Assembly (NCBI GenBank): GCA_965216875.1
Contig: OZ244207.1
Span: 1-64,000, forward strand
Direction of reading: 5' to 3'
From: Rubripirellula sp.
GTDB taxonomy: Bacteria; Planctomycetota; Planctomycetia; Pirellulales; Pirellulaceae
Length of the DNA stretch: 64,000 nt
Every line of letters starts with the position of its first letter. Positions within the stretch are counted from its first letter, which is position 1. This document shows positions 1-10,600 of this stretch, piece after piece. Both the position numbers and the translations under genes were made by a program. The notes below the pieces were generated by a model that was not told the origin of the DNA, searched no databases, and saw nothing but the letters and a program-made list of their open reading frames with translations.

Positions 1-8
1 CCCGTTGA

Positions 9-3000
9 ATGCTTACGTCGAAGAATCTCTCCTTTGCAATTTTTGTTGCCCTGTTTGCGAGCGTTTCCCCGCTGGCACAAGGTGACGAAGCGATCTCGTT
101 CAATTCGCAAATCCGGCCGATCCTCTCGGAGTATTGTTTCGCCTGTCATGGGCCCGACGAAGAACATCGCGGCGCCGACCTGCGTCTCGATTTGCGCGAA
201 CCTGCGGTCGATTACGGCGCGCTGGTCGAGGGCGAACCCGATGAGAGCCTTCTCATTGAACGCGTGCTTAGTGACGATCCCGACTTGATCATGCCGCCGC
301 CGGAATCTCGCAAGAGTCTGTCGGATGATCAAAAGCAACTGCTGATCGAATGGATTCGCGAAGGCGGCGAGTACGAAAACCATTGGTCGTTCGAACCCTT
401 ACCCGAAGCGATCCCGGTTCCGGAGGCTGGTGCCGATTGGAAACGCACCTCCGTCGACGCCTTCGTTGCCGCGACGCATCAAAAGAAAGGTTTGAAGCCG
501 AATGCGGAAGCCAATAAGTCAACCTGGTTGCGACGCGTCACCTATGACCTGACTGGCCTTCCACCGACACTCGCCGAACTGGATGCGTTCCTGCAAGATG
601 AATCGGATACTGCCTACGAAAAGGTCGTCGATCGGCTTTTGCAATCGCCTGCCTATGGTGAGCGGATGGCCGTGATGTGGTTGGATGTTGCTCGCTACGC
701 CGACACGTTTGGCTACCAGAACGACATTGCCATGGAAGTTTGGCCGTGGCGCGAGTGGGTTATCAACGCTTTCAACAGCAACATGCCCTACGACCAATTC
801 ATCACCGAACAGGTTGCGGGTGACCTGATTGAGAACGCGACGGTTTCGCAAAAGCTCGCGACCGCATTCAACCGCTTGCATCGTCAAACAAACGAAGGCG
901 GTAGTGTTGCCGAAGAGTTTCGTTTGGCTGGCATCTCCGACAGAACAACGACAGCTGGCACAGCGTTCCTTGGGTTGACCATGGAATGTTGCCGCTGCCA
1001 TGACCACAAGTTTGATCCGATTGGTCAAAAAGAGTTCTATCAACTCTCGGCCTACTTCTCGGACATTGACGAATTGGGGCTCTATTCACACTTTACTTTT
1101 TCGGCTCCGACGCCCGCATTGGCCCTTTACCAGGGTGACCAAAGAGAGCGGCATGAAGCTGCCAAGAAAGCGGTTGACGACGCCGAGTTGAGACTGCAAG
1201 CTGCGATCAAGGCTGCGAGCCAAAAGTGGTCCTCTCGCACTGCCGAATTGCCCACCGCACTTCCGACGCCGCGCAAAGCCGCGTACGAGAATGCACTTGA
1301 TGGCGATGCCGAGGGTGTCGTTGGTAAGTCAACGGTTTGTGACGGAGACAATGCAATCACGTGCAAGGAGGCGCCGAAGTTCGGCCGCACTTCGGCATTT
1401 TCGTACAGCCTTTGGGTGCGTCCAAAAACGCACCGCCCGCGAACACTGGTGCTGCATCAATCGCGAGCTGCGGAAGATGCTGCGTTTCGAGGTCTTTCAC
1501 TTGTGATCGACGACGGGCACCCCCAATTTTCGATGGTTCATTTCTGGCCGGGTAATGCGGTACGTGTTCGTTCCGCCAAAGCCATTGCCGTCGACGAGTG
1601 GACTCACCTTGCAGTGACGCACGACGGCAGTGGTCGCGCCGCTGGCATTGGGCTCTTCGTGAACGGGCAGGCGGTCGAGGTTGAAGTCGTTCGTGACGAA
1701 CTCACACGCGACATTCGGCAACGTAAGGAATGGGGTGACCTCGATGTCGAGAAAGTGTCGCTCGGACTTGGCGCTCGCTTTCGCGACATTGGTTTCCGTG
1801 AAGGCCGTCTTGATGACTTGAAGGTGTTTGACCTTCAGCTTTCGGCCGCGGAAGTGGCAGCGATCTTTGCCAAAGAACGACCGACCGCGGCGGGCAAACT
1901 CGACCATGCGATGGCGCTCGAACACCACTTGCTGGTTGCAGATAAGGCGGTGTCGGAGGCGCGGTCAACACTTGCAAAGGCCCGCGATGCTGAAGACGAA
2001 ATCATGGTTGGCGTTCGCGAAATCATGACCATGCGACACAACGAAAACGCTCCGGCCACACACGTGCTTGGCCGCGGCGAATACACCAACAAAGGCGAGA
2101 AGGTGTCGGCCGCCACGCCAACGTTGCTGGGTGGGCTGCCAGAAGGAGGCAACGATCGCTTGTCACTAGCCAAATGGATGACCGATCCGCAAAACCCGCT
2201 CACCTCACGGGTGATCGCCAATCGAATGTGGCACATGTTCTTGGGTCGTGGCATCGTCGTCACTTTGGAAGATTTCGGTTCCCAGGGGACACCGCCAAGT
2301 CATCCTGAGTTGCTAGACCATTTGGCACGCTCGCTAATGGACAACGACTGGAACTTGCATTGGCTCTGCCGCGAGATCGTCCTGTCGGCGACCTACCGCC
2401 AATCGTCCGAAGCCAACGCAACCGATGCGGATACCAACAACCAATGGTTGACCCGTGGCCCCAAGCATCGCTTGTCGGCCGAGCAGCTTCGCGACACGGT
2501 GCTCGCGGCCAGTGACTTGTTGGTTGAAAAGATCGGTGGTCCGAGTGTGATGCCGTACCAGCCCCCGAATTTGTGGCGTGAATCGGGAGTGGGCAAGACA
2601 TACAACCAGTCCACTGGCGATGGCCTGTATCGACGCAGTCTCTATACGTTCTGGAAAAGGACGGCGCCGCCGCCAAGCATGTTGACGCTCGACGCGACCA
2701 GTCGCGAAAGTTGCACGCCACGACGCGAATTGACCACGACCCCACTGCAGGCACTCGTGTTCCTGAACGACCCGCAATATGTGGAAGCTTCACGTGTACT
2801 TGCCACAACGTTGATCGCCAATCACGGAAACAACTTAGGGGATCGATGGCAAGAACTTTTCCGGCGACTCACCGGACGTTTGCCAAACGAGCACGAGATG
2901 GACGTCGTCGGTTTGATGTACGACGAACAACTGCAGTACTTCAAAGGCAACGTGGCAGCCGCAGAGGAGTTCCTCAAGGTTGGCACGAAGAAACCCGATG

Positions 3001-3086
3001 GCAAACTCGATCCTGTCGAACTTGCCGCTACCACCGTCGTTGTCCAGGCGATGTTTGCCTTCGACGAAACCATCATGCTGCGATAA
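9..3086 (+). CDS. PSD1 / planctomycete cytochrome c domain protein (PSCyt1 + DUF1549 + LamG/ConA-like + DUF1553)
   Basis: Signal peptide; heme motif CFACH; 'WLRRVTYDLTGLPPT', 'WLDVARYADTFG', 'ECCRCHDHKFDP', 'NRMWHMFLGRGIV', 'TPLQAL' motifs; LamG-like 'WTHLAVTHDGS' insert; directly upstream of DUF1501. Confidence 0.93.
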   Translation: MLTSKNLSFAIFVALFASVSPLAQGDEAISFNSQIRPILSEYCFACHGPDEEHRGADLRLDLREPAVDYGALVEGEPDESLLIERVLSDDPDLIMPPPESRKSLSDDQKQLLIEWIREGGEYENHWSFEPLPEAIPVPEAGADWKRTSVDAFVAATHQKKGLKPNAEANKSTWLRRVTYDLTGLPPTLAELDAFLQDESDTAYEKVVDRLLQSPAYGERMAVMWLDVARYADTFGYQNDIAMEVWPWREWVINAFNSNMPYDQFITEQVAGDLIENATVSQKLATAFNRLHRQTNEGGSVAEEFRLAGISDRTTTAGTAFLGLTMECCRCHDHKFDPIGQKEFYQLSAYFSDIDELGLYSHFTFSAPTPALALYQGDQRERHEAAKKAVDDAELRLQAAIKAASQKWSSRTAELPTALPTPRKAAYENALDGDAEGVVGKSTVCDGDNAITCKEAPKFGRTSAFSYSLWVRPKTHRPRTLVLHQSRAAEDAAFRGLSLVIDDGHPQFSMVHFWPGNAVRVRSAKAIAVDEWTHLAVTHDGSGRAAGIGLFVNGQAVEVEVVRDELTRDIRQRKEWGDLDVEKVSLGLGARFRDIGFREGRLDDLKVFDLQLSAAEVAAIFAKERPTAAGKLDHAMALEHHLLVADKAVSEARSTLAKARDAEDEIMVGVREIMTMRHNENAPATHVLGRGEYTNKGEKVSAATPTLLGGLPEGGNDRLSLAKWMTDPQNPLTSRVIANRMWHMFLGRGIVVTLEDFGSQGTPPSHPELLDHLARSLMDNDWNLHWLCREIVLSATYRQSSEANATDADTNNQWLTRGPKHRLSAEQLRDTVLAASDLLVEKIGGPSVMPYQPPNLWRESGVGKTYNQSTGDGLYRRSLYTFWKRTAPPPSMLTLDATSRESCTPRRELTTTPLQALVFLNDPQYVEASRVLATTLIANHGNNLGDRWQELFRRLTGRLPNEHEMDVVGLMYDEQLQYFKGNVAAAEEFLKVGTKKPDGKLDPVELAATTVVVQAMFAFDETIMLR

Positions 3087-3095
3087 TGAATCGGT

Positions 3096-3152
3096 AGTGG
3101 ACGAGGCAACGAGTCCCTATTGAAAACCGAGTGGACGAGGCAACGAGTCCCT
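3096..3152 (+). repeat. Two direct copies of a 23-bp REP-like unit AGTGGACGAGGCAACGAGTCCCT
   Basis: Identical 23-mers at 3096-3118 and 3130-3152; first copy begins within GTAGTGG; imperfect palindrome GGAC..GTCC. Confidence 0.85.
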
Positions 3153-3241
3153 TTTGATCCTTGAAACCATCCATTCGGACGGCGACACACATCTCTCGTC
3201 CGCAATACAAGACACAAACTTTCCACCCTCCTGGAATCACC

Positions 3242-4687
3242 ATGACTTCACCAGCGACTCGTCGAGACTGGCTACGACAATTCGGTTTGGGCCTCGGAGG
3301 CATTGCGGCGGCGGAGATGATGCGTCGCGATGGCGTCTTTGCTGCCGAGGCAAGCAGTGGAGGCATTGCAAGTGGCGGTGTTGTGAATCCGACGCACCAT
3401 TTGCCCAAAGCGAAACGTGTGATCTACCTGTTTCAGGCTGGCGGTCCGTCGCAATTGGAAACGTGGGACCACAAGCCGCTGCTTTACGAAAAACAAGGCG
3501 AGCCGCTTCCCGATTCCGTTCGCAAAGGTCAACGTCTGACCGGTATGTCGGGCAACCAAGCCGTCCTGCCGCTTGCCGGATCGATTTACAAGTTCGACCA
3601 ACATGGTGAAAGCGGCACCTGGGCGAGCGAATTGATGCCGCACATGGCAAAGCAGGTCGATAAGATCGCCGTGATCAAGTCGATGTACACCGAGGCGATC
3701 AATCACGATCCTGCAATCACCTTCCTGCAAACCGGCAATCAGATCTCAGGTCGTCCGAGCATCGGATCCTGGTTGCATTACGGGCTCGGAAGCGACAACG
3801 ACAACTTGCCAACGTTTGTCGTTTTGGTCACGAAAGGAAAGGGTGGCCAGCCGTTGTATTCAAGGTTGTGGGGATCGGGTTTTCTACCGGCCCGGTATCA
3901 AGGCGTTCAGTTTCGTTCAGGCAAGGACCCTGTCTTGTATTTGTCGAACCCACCGGGGATTTCGGATGGCAGTCGGCGCAAGATGCTGGACCGTCTCAAC
4001 GATTTGCACGCCTTGGAAAGGGAACGTTTGGCGGACCCCGTTTTGGAGACTCGTATTCAACAGTACGAGATGGCGTATCGAATGCAATCGAGCGTGCCCG
4101 AAGTCGCCGAACTTTCGGAAGAGCCGCAAGCGGTCAAGGACCTTTATGGACCAGACGTGAACACGCCCGGTTCGTTTGCCGCCAATTGCCTGCTTGCTCG
4201 ACGCTTGGCTGAACGTGGCGTTCGGTTCGTGCAGCTGTACCATCAAGGTTGGGACCAGCACACCAATCTGCCCGGCGGCATCAAACGCCAGTGCAAAGAC
4301 ACAGACCAGCCAGCCGCTGCATTGCTGCAAGACCTCGAGCAGCGCGGGATGCTGGAAGACACGCTCGTGATTTGGGGCGGTGAGTTTGGACGCACCAACT
4401 ACTCACAAGGAACATTGACGGCGACCAATTACGGACGTGACCATCATCCGCGTTGCTTTTCGATGTGGATGGCTGGCGGCGGGGTCAAGGGTGGAGTCAG
4501 CTACGGCGAAACCGATCCATTCGGCTACAACATCGAATCGGGCGGCGTTCACGTTCGCGACTTCCATGCGACGTTGCTGCATCTGATGGGGATCGACCAC
4601 GAACGACTCTCGGTGAAGTTCCAAGGGCTCGACGCACGTTTGACCGGTGTCGAACCTTCTCGAGTGGTTCAAGAGATTCTCGCGTAG
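3242..4687 (+). CDS. DUF1501 domain-containing (sulfatase-like) protein, Tat-exported
   Basis: Tat motif TRRDWL after ATG 3242 (ORF is open from 3161); 'AKRVIYLFQAGGPSQ', 'GWDQH', 'GGEFGRT', 'GRDHHP' motifs. Confidence 0.93.
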   Translation: MTSPATRRDWLRQFGLGLGGIAAAEMMRRDGVFAAEASSGGIASGGVVNPTHHLPKAKRVIYLFQAGGPSQLETWDHKPLLYEKQGEPLPDSVRKGQRLTGMSGNQAVLPLAGSIYKFDQHGESGTWASELMPHMAKQVDKIAVIKSMYTEAINHDPAITFLQTGNQISGRPSIGSWLHYGLGSDNDNLPTFVVLVTKGKGGQPLYSRLWGSGFLPARYQGVQFRSGKDPVLYLSNPPGISDGSRRKMLDRLNDLHALERERLADPVLETRIQQYEMAYRMQSSVPEVAELSEEPQAVKDLYGPDVNTPGSFAANCLLARRLAERGVRFVQLYHQGWDQHTNLPGGIKRQCKDTDQPAAALLQDLEQRGMLEDTLVIWGGEFGRTNYSQGTLTATNYGRDHHPRCFSMWMAGGGVKGGVSYGETDPFGYNIESGGVHVRDFHATLLHLMGIDHERLSVKFQGLDARLTGVEPSRVVQEILA

Positions 4688-4705
4688 GCGATGACAACGA
4701 AACGC

Positions 4706-4785
4706 CGTAGCTACGCTCGCCAGAGCGTGGGGTTGGGCAAGAGGCGGTTCCGATCCACAACCACCTTCTGGCGAAGGTAGCTACG
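4706..4785. repeat. REP doublet (REPIN-like inverted pair), family A
   Basis: CGTAGCTACGCTCGCCAGAGCGTGG (4706-4730) inverted to CCACCTTCTGGCGAAGGTAGCTACG (4761-4785). Confidence 0.9.
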
Positions 4786-4895
4786 CTTGAAGCGCGCGAA
4801 GCCCGGCTTGAATTCGCCTCGTGCTCAGCGGAGCGGTGCTCGACCTCGGAAAGAGGCCATTGAAGAACTTGCGGTTAGTGCCTGGCCGCGCAACG

Positions 4896-4972
4896 GTAGC
4901 TACGCTCGCCAGAGCGTGGGGTGGAGAAGAACGGTTCAGCAGCACAACCACCTTCTGGCGAAGGTAGCTACG
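4896..4972. repeat. REP doublet, family A (second copy)
   Basis: GTAGCTACGCTCGCCAGAGCGTGG (4896-4919) and CCACCTTCTGGCGAAGGTAGCTACG (4948-4972); spacer differs from copy 1. Confidence 0.9.
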
Positions 4973-5030
4973 CAGCTTGTGAGCCGGGAATCGCGTCGCA
5001 AGCGGCGGGGCCGCTCAAAGGTGCGGGTTT

Positions 5031-6713
5031 CTATTTCTCCCCAGAGACCGCTTCGGCAATGTTGTGCGAATGATCTCGCACTCGCGAATAGGCGTTCAGT
5101 GCGGCAAGGTAGGCGACACTGACTTGGGGTGGGATGTTCCCACCGGAAAGCTCGTCCAGGTGTTTGCGACGTAGTTGCTTGATGTCTTTCTTCACTCGGT
5201 CCGAATTGGCACTGGATTGCGTCAAGACGTTTCGATTGCCTTGGATGAGCGCCTGGTTAACCTCTTTGAGGTACTCGGCCAAGCTTCGATTCAACAGCCC
5301 TAGGTCCTCTCGTTGCTCTGGCGTATAGCGATACCCGTCGCGACGTAGTTTGCGATCAAACTTGTCAAGGCTCACGACGTAGTCACTGATCGATTCGTAC
5401 TCGTCAGCAACCCGAAGCTGACGCCGGGCTTCATCAGCGACGGAATGTGGAATGTTGCCCGACAACAGGTCGGTCACGAACGCAGTGATTTCGTCCTGCA
5501 TCGAATCCAGCACCTGCTCACGTCGTTTCAACCGATCTGCCAACGCGCGGTCCGGATCATCTTGTTGCGAAAGCTGGCTCAGCCATTCGAGCATCTTTTC
5601 GCAGCCATCGCCCATCTTCTCAATCTCTTTCTGGGATTGCTCGATCGCCAGTGAAGGGGTCTCGAGAATGCGGATGTCCAAGTCAGTTAGGCGTGGTTTT
5701 TCTTTGAATTCCTTTGCTGGGACGACGCGATTGAGCAGCCGTACGAACAGCGGCAAGAAGGGCAGGAACATCAACGTGTTGGCGATGTTGAAGATGCTGT
5801 GTGTCGCCGCGATCGCTACCGTCGTGTTGGGATAGGTTGTCACGTTGTCTTTGACAACGGCCTCGTTGATGTCGACGCCGACGAACCAGCGAATGAAATC
5901 GATGTACCAGGCAAAGATTAGCGTGATCCAAAAAACACCGACCAAGTTGAAGATGACGTGGAAGTAGGCTGCGCGGCGGGCATTGGTTGTGGCACCAAGT
6001 GAAGCGAGGAACGCGGTGATGGTTGTTCCGATGTTTTCGCCAAGGACGAGGGCGGCGGCCGTTTCGTAAGGGATCACACCTTGGGAAGCGAGTGAGATCG
6101 TAATGCCGAGCGTTGCCGACGATGACTGCACCAGGGTCGTCAAAACGCAGCCGACCAGGGCGCACTTGAGCACTCCCACGTACGAGTCAGCTCGAAACAT
6201 TTGGAACCATGCTTCAAATTCGGGCATCTCTTTGATGATGGCACAGGCGTCTTTCATCAGCTCGAGGCCGAAGAAGATCATGCCAATGCCCATCAACGCA
6301 GTCGCCCAATAACGCCAGCGGTCACCCTTCGAAAAAAGATTGACAAAGGCGGCGGCACCCAGCAGAGGCAACCCATACTTGCCGATTTTCAGAACCAGGA
6401 TCCAGCCAGTGATCGTTGTTCCGATGTTGGCACCCATGATGATGCCGATCGCTTGGGACAGCTGCATCACGCCACTGTTCACGAACCCGACGACCATGAC
6501 GGTGGTGATCGAACTCGACTGAACGACACAGGTGACGATGATTCCACAGAACGTGGCCAAGATGCGGTTGTTTGTGACCGCACCGATAATACGTCGTAGA
6601 CTGCTACCAGCGACGGCTTGCATGCCCTCGGACATGTTCTTCATACCGAGCAGGAAGAGCCCGAGTCCGCCAACCAATTGGCACGTCAGTTGAATGAGCG
6701 CAGATGAGTCCAA
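5031..6713 (-). CDS. Na+/phosphate cotransporter (NptA/YjbB family) with C-terminal PhoU-like domain
   Basis: Duplicated 'VQSSS' and 'GANIGTT/GENIGTT' signatures; multiple TM helices; PhoU-like 'ESISDY' and 'RVRDHSHNIAE'; TTG start. Confidence 0.93.
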   Translation of the reverse strand: MDSSALIQLTCQLVGGLGLFLLGMKNMSEGMQAVAGSSLRRIIGAVTNNRILATFCGIIVTCVVQSSSITTVMVVGFVNSGVMQLSQAIGIIMGANIGTTITGWILVLKIGKYGLPLLGAAAFVNLFSKGDRWRYWATALMGIGMIFFGLELMKDACAIIKEMPEFEAWFQMFRADSYVGVLKCALVGCVLTTLVQSSSATLGITISLASQGVIPYETAAALVLGENIGTTITAFLASLGATTNARRAAYFHVIFNLVGVFWITLIFAWYIDFIRWFVGVDINEAVVKDNVTTYPNTTVAIAATHSIFNIANTLMFLPFLPLFVRLLNRVVPAKEFKEKPRLTDLDIRILETPSLAIEQSQKEIEKMGDGCEKMLEWLSQLSQQDDPDRALADRLKRREQVLDSMQDEITAFVTDLLSGNIPHSVADEARRQLRVADEYESISDYVVSLDKFDRKLRRDGYRYTPEQREDLGLLNRSLAEYLKEVNQALIQGNRNVLTQSSANSDRVKKDIKQLRRKHLDELSGGNIPPQVSVAYLAALNAYSRVRDHSHNIAEAVSGEK

Positions 6714-6748
6714 GGGATCGTCACCAAGTAGAGTGTGGGCTTTACGCT

Positions 6749-6766
6749 TGTTAAGGCTTTGTTAAG
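6749..6766 (-). promoter_or_regulatory. Putative Pho-box-like direct repeat upstream of Na+/Pi symporter
   Basis: Minus strand CTTAACA-aagc-CTTAACA, 11-bp period, ~35-55 nt upstream of start codon. Confidence 0.5.
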
Positions 6767-6836
6767 AATGGGGCATTCTAGGCCGTCAACATCGCAACAC
6801 AATGCCTGTTCGGTCTGCATCTCACAGGAAGGTAAA

Positions 6837-7148
6837 ATGCAATCGAGCGGGTGGTCTGTTGGAGATTGGGTGATCTATCGCAAACCCAAGCGAAGCAACG
6901 CCCCCGGCCCTCGTGCTCGCAACGTCGTCCCCGCCACACGGGGCGAGTCGTACAGCTACACAGTGGACAAATATTGGGTAGTCAAAGAGCTTTTGGGCGA
7001 TGATCGCCTACTGCTCCAAACACGCCGCGGCAAACAGCACGAAGTCTCTGTTCACGATCCACTGCTGCGAAGGCCCCGCATCTGGGACCGCTGGTTGCTC
7101 CGTCGCCGTTTCAATGCAGTCCTCAATTCGCTCGACGACGAAGAATGA
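6837..7148 (+). CDS. Small hypothetical protein (possible SH3-like beta barrel)
   Basis: ATG 6837 with GGAAGG upstream; 'VGDWVIYRKPK..PGPRA..GESYSYTVDKYWVV..TRRGKQH' looks like a conserved planctomycete hypothetical. Confidence 0.75.
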   Translation: MQSSGWSVGDWVIYRKPKRSNAPGPRARNVVPATRGESYSYTVDKYWVVKELLGDDRLLLQTRRGKQHEVSVHDPLLRRPRIWDRWLLRRRFNAVLNSLDDEE

Positions 7149-7516
7149 CCCCACCGATATTCGGTGAATCGCAAACGAGTCTGCGGCCGGGCACTGCACC
7201 GGTTTTGGGGTGAAGGTTTAGTAGCCGCTGCGACGATCGCGAGTTTATGTTCGAAGAAGGGGGACTCAATGGATGAGGTATGCAGCCGTTCCAATGCAAC
7301 CACCTTCATCAGGCTGTTGATCCAGTAGTACCCGACCTCCGCAAAGTCGGGCTCCTGCTTGCAGAGCTTCTTCATCACCTTTTCGGAAGCTTTCCATCTC
7401 GTCCGTTTCTTCGCCTGAGATAAGAACGCGCTCTGGAATGGATCGCGTTTCGCCGAGTCGGTTTCGCCTGTCGAAGAGTCTGTTCCACTGGTCGACTGCT
7501 CGGTCGCTGTCGTCAA
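7052..7516 (-). CDS. Hypothetical protein
   Basis: Fills the gap, TTG start with AGGGAAG upstream, protein-like N-terminal 100 aa; 3' end overlaps the neighbouring gene by ~97 nt. Confidence 0.45.
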   Translation of the reverse strand: MTTATEQSTSGTDSSTGETDSAKRDPFQSAFLSQAKKRTRWKASEKVMKKLCKQEPDFAEVGYYWINSLMKVVALERLHTSSIESPFFEHKLAIVAAATKPSPQNRCSARPQTRLRFTEYRWGHSSSSSELRTALKRRRSNQRSQMRGLRSSGS

Positions 7517-7691
7517 GCGTCTTCCCTATCAACGACGAACAACGGAGATACCGATGCTGACTTCAGTCGGTGAAACAGTTTTGGATGTGTACAGATGTTG
7601 GGCGGTTGTTGCGTTTTCTGGAAAGGTTGTTTGGGTGGATTCATAATGCGGGAATTGGGTTTGATCATTGCCCTTGGGGATCTGCAATCCG

Positions 7692-10600
7692 ATGTCCAAC
7701 CACCGACAAAAAAACTCTCGCCGCGCGGCTTTGGCGATGAGACGTTTGCGCCGTTTGCGTTTGCAACTGCTTGAACAACGTTTAATGCTCGCCGCTGACG
7801 TTGGCGAGGAACTCGGGGAAGAGGAGGATGACTTCGCAATCCCCGAGTTGCTTCGAGATATCAATCAGGTCATACCTGACTCGGGGCCGATTGAGTTTGT
7901 CAAATCGGGCGACAAAATCTTTGTGTCAGCCGATGATGGGATTCATGGGCATGAGTTGTTTGTGACGGATGGCGAAAGCCCACCAACACTTGTGAAGGAT
8001 ATTCGTTTCGGTTCCGGAGATTCGGTTCCGCAGCAGATGGTCGATGTCGACGGCGTCCTCTACTTTGTCGCCGACAACTTCACCAACGGAAAAGAGCTGT
8101 GGAAGAGCGACGGCACGGAAGCTGGTACAACGCTGGTCGCCGACATTTTTGTTGGTCGTGATGGCTCCAATCCGAGCTCGTTGACCGTTGCTCAAACAGA
8201 TGACGGGGCAAAGCTGTTCTTTACGGCGGATCACCCTGATCATGGCTTGGAATTATGGATGGCCGATGATTCGGGAGCATCATTGGTGACCGACATTTGG
8301 CCGGGCAATGATGGCCCCGATGATCCCAACGATTCCTTTCCACAACATTTGACGTTTTGGCCAGAGCACATCGGTGGCGATGGCGAGACGGTTGATCCGG
8401 CAATCTACTTCTCGGCGGCAACCGAGTCGGCGGGGCGCGAACTTTGGCGGACGACGATCGTCGGTGGAAATACTTCCACGACGTTGGTGAAGAACCTCTT
8501 TGCAGACCAGCTTGGATCGGAGCCCAATTCGTCAAACCCGAATCACTTGGTCGTCTTCAACGGTCTGCTCTACTTTGCGGCCGAGGGTGGTGAGTTCAAC
8601 GAAACCGAAGGCAAAGTCATCGGTGAAGGGACCGAGCTCTGGCGCAGCAACGGCACCGCCGAAGGAACGGAACTTGTCGCTGACTTGCGCCCGGGGTTCC
8701 AAATTCCCGCCGAAATGGAAAACCCGTTTGGCTCCTTTCCACGTGACATGACAAGTCACAACGAGAAACTCTATTTCTCTGCGCTGACCACTTCGGAAGG
8801 TCGCGAGCTGTGGAGCATCGATGGTGGCGAGGAGGCTGAACCGCAGCTGGTTCGCAACATACGCGGCGGAACAGCGAGCTCTAGTCCGGCCGACTTCACC
8901 AGCACCGACGGGTTCCTCTTTTTTACGGCCAACGGTGGGCAGGGAAAGGAACTCTGGCGAACCGACGGAACGTTTGCTGGCACCCAGATCACTCGTGACA
9001 TACGCCCCGGTTCAGGAACGTCGATGTTGTTCACGCGAGGGTTTACGGCGCTCGGGTCGTCGGTGATCTTCGGTGCGGACGATGGCAATCTCGGGCCCGA
9101 GGTCTGGATTTCGGACGGGACGTTGTCAGGGACGAAGGTTTTGGAGGAAATCCAATTCGGTCGCAATTCTTCGAACGTGCCCAGCAGCTACACCACGATC
9201 GACGACGCCGTCTATTTCGAAGCGTCCGAACAGATTTGGAAGACCGATGGAACGGGAGCGGGAACGGATCGGTTTCCTCTTCAAACCGAAGCGACGTTGG
9301 GTTCGATTGCGCCAAACTTTGATGACGTGAGCCCGCGGTTGTTCGCGCGGGCCAACAACTTGCTGTTCTTTGCTGCTGACGACGGCATTAACGGCAACGA
9401 ACTTTGGAAGTCGGACGGTTCCACCGCCGGCACGACAATGGTGACGGACCTTGCGCCGGGAACAAGCATTACGTTTCCCGGAAGCAGCATCGAAACGCCG
9501 AATAGTTCGAATCCCGAGCAATTGCTCGCCGTGGGTGACAAGGTTTTCTTTCGCACCGAATCGTTGCTGAGAGTGACCGATGGGACGGAATCGGGAACGA
9601 TTTCACTAGGCAACCATTCGCCAACAGATCTGACTCGATTTGGCAACACGCTTTACTTTTCGGGCGATGGGTCGACTGGGATCGGCCGTGAGCTGTGGAT
9701 GAGCGATGGGACGATCGAGGGGACAGTGCCTGTCATCGGGATCGGTGACGGATTTCAATTCCAACAAGTGGATCAATTGACGGTCGTTGGTGACAAGCTT
9801 TTCTTTGTTGCCGACACTGCTAATGGCAACGAGCTTTGGGTGACCGACGGAACCGTCGATGGAACGACCGAATTCAATCTCGCGGAATCGTTTGGCAGTT
9901 ACCCCGAAGCACTAACGCCCGTTGGTGACAAGCTGTTTTTCCGTGCCAATGATGGCGTGCATGGACCGGAGCTTTGGGTGAGTGACGCAACGGTCGAGGG
10001 GACGATCCTGGTGAAGGACATCCGCCTCGTTCCAGAAGGCGAAGAAGACTTCTTTGGATCGAGCCCCGTCCCGTTGGCCGGTTTGGGTGGAGAGTTGTTG
10101 TTCTTTGCCGATGACCGCGTGACGGGACAAAAGCTGTGGAAGAGCGATGGAACGGAAAACGGGACGGTGGTTGTCAAAGACATCTGGTCCGACCCTTACG
10201 AGGAAGAGTTCGACTCGGGTGAAACGGGTACCGGTAAAGGACGCGCCACGGTGTTCGATGGCAAAGTCTTTTTCGCAGCCGATGACGGAAACGTTGGAGC
10301 GGAACTTTGGAGCAGCGATGGAACCGCGGCCGGAACGAATCTATTTGAGGACTTGTTTCCAGGTGATGACAGTTCCTTTCCATCGGACTTGACTGTGGTT
10401 GGCAGCAACCTTTACTTCGCAGCCAACGAAGAACATCCAGTCGTTTCTGGTGCGTTTGGTGGCCGCGAGCTCTGGGTCAGCGACGGGACCGCTGCTTTCA
10501 CATGCGCTTGCTTCGAAACCAATGCGGTCGATGGCAATGGGCTCCGACCACGTTCGTTGCAGTCGATTGGCGGAACGTTGTACTTCGTCGCCAATGATGG

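Noticed and set aside
3096..3152. Possible mini-CRISPR array
   Set aside because: Only two 23-bp repeats with an 11-nt spacer, no cas genes; fits a REP better
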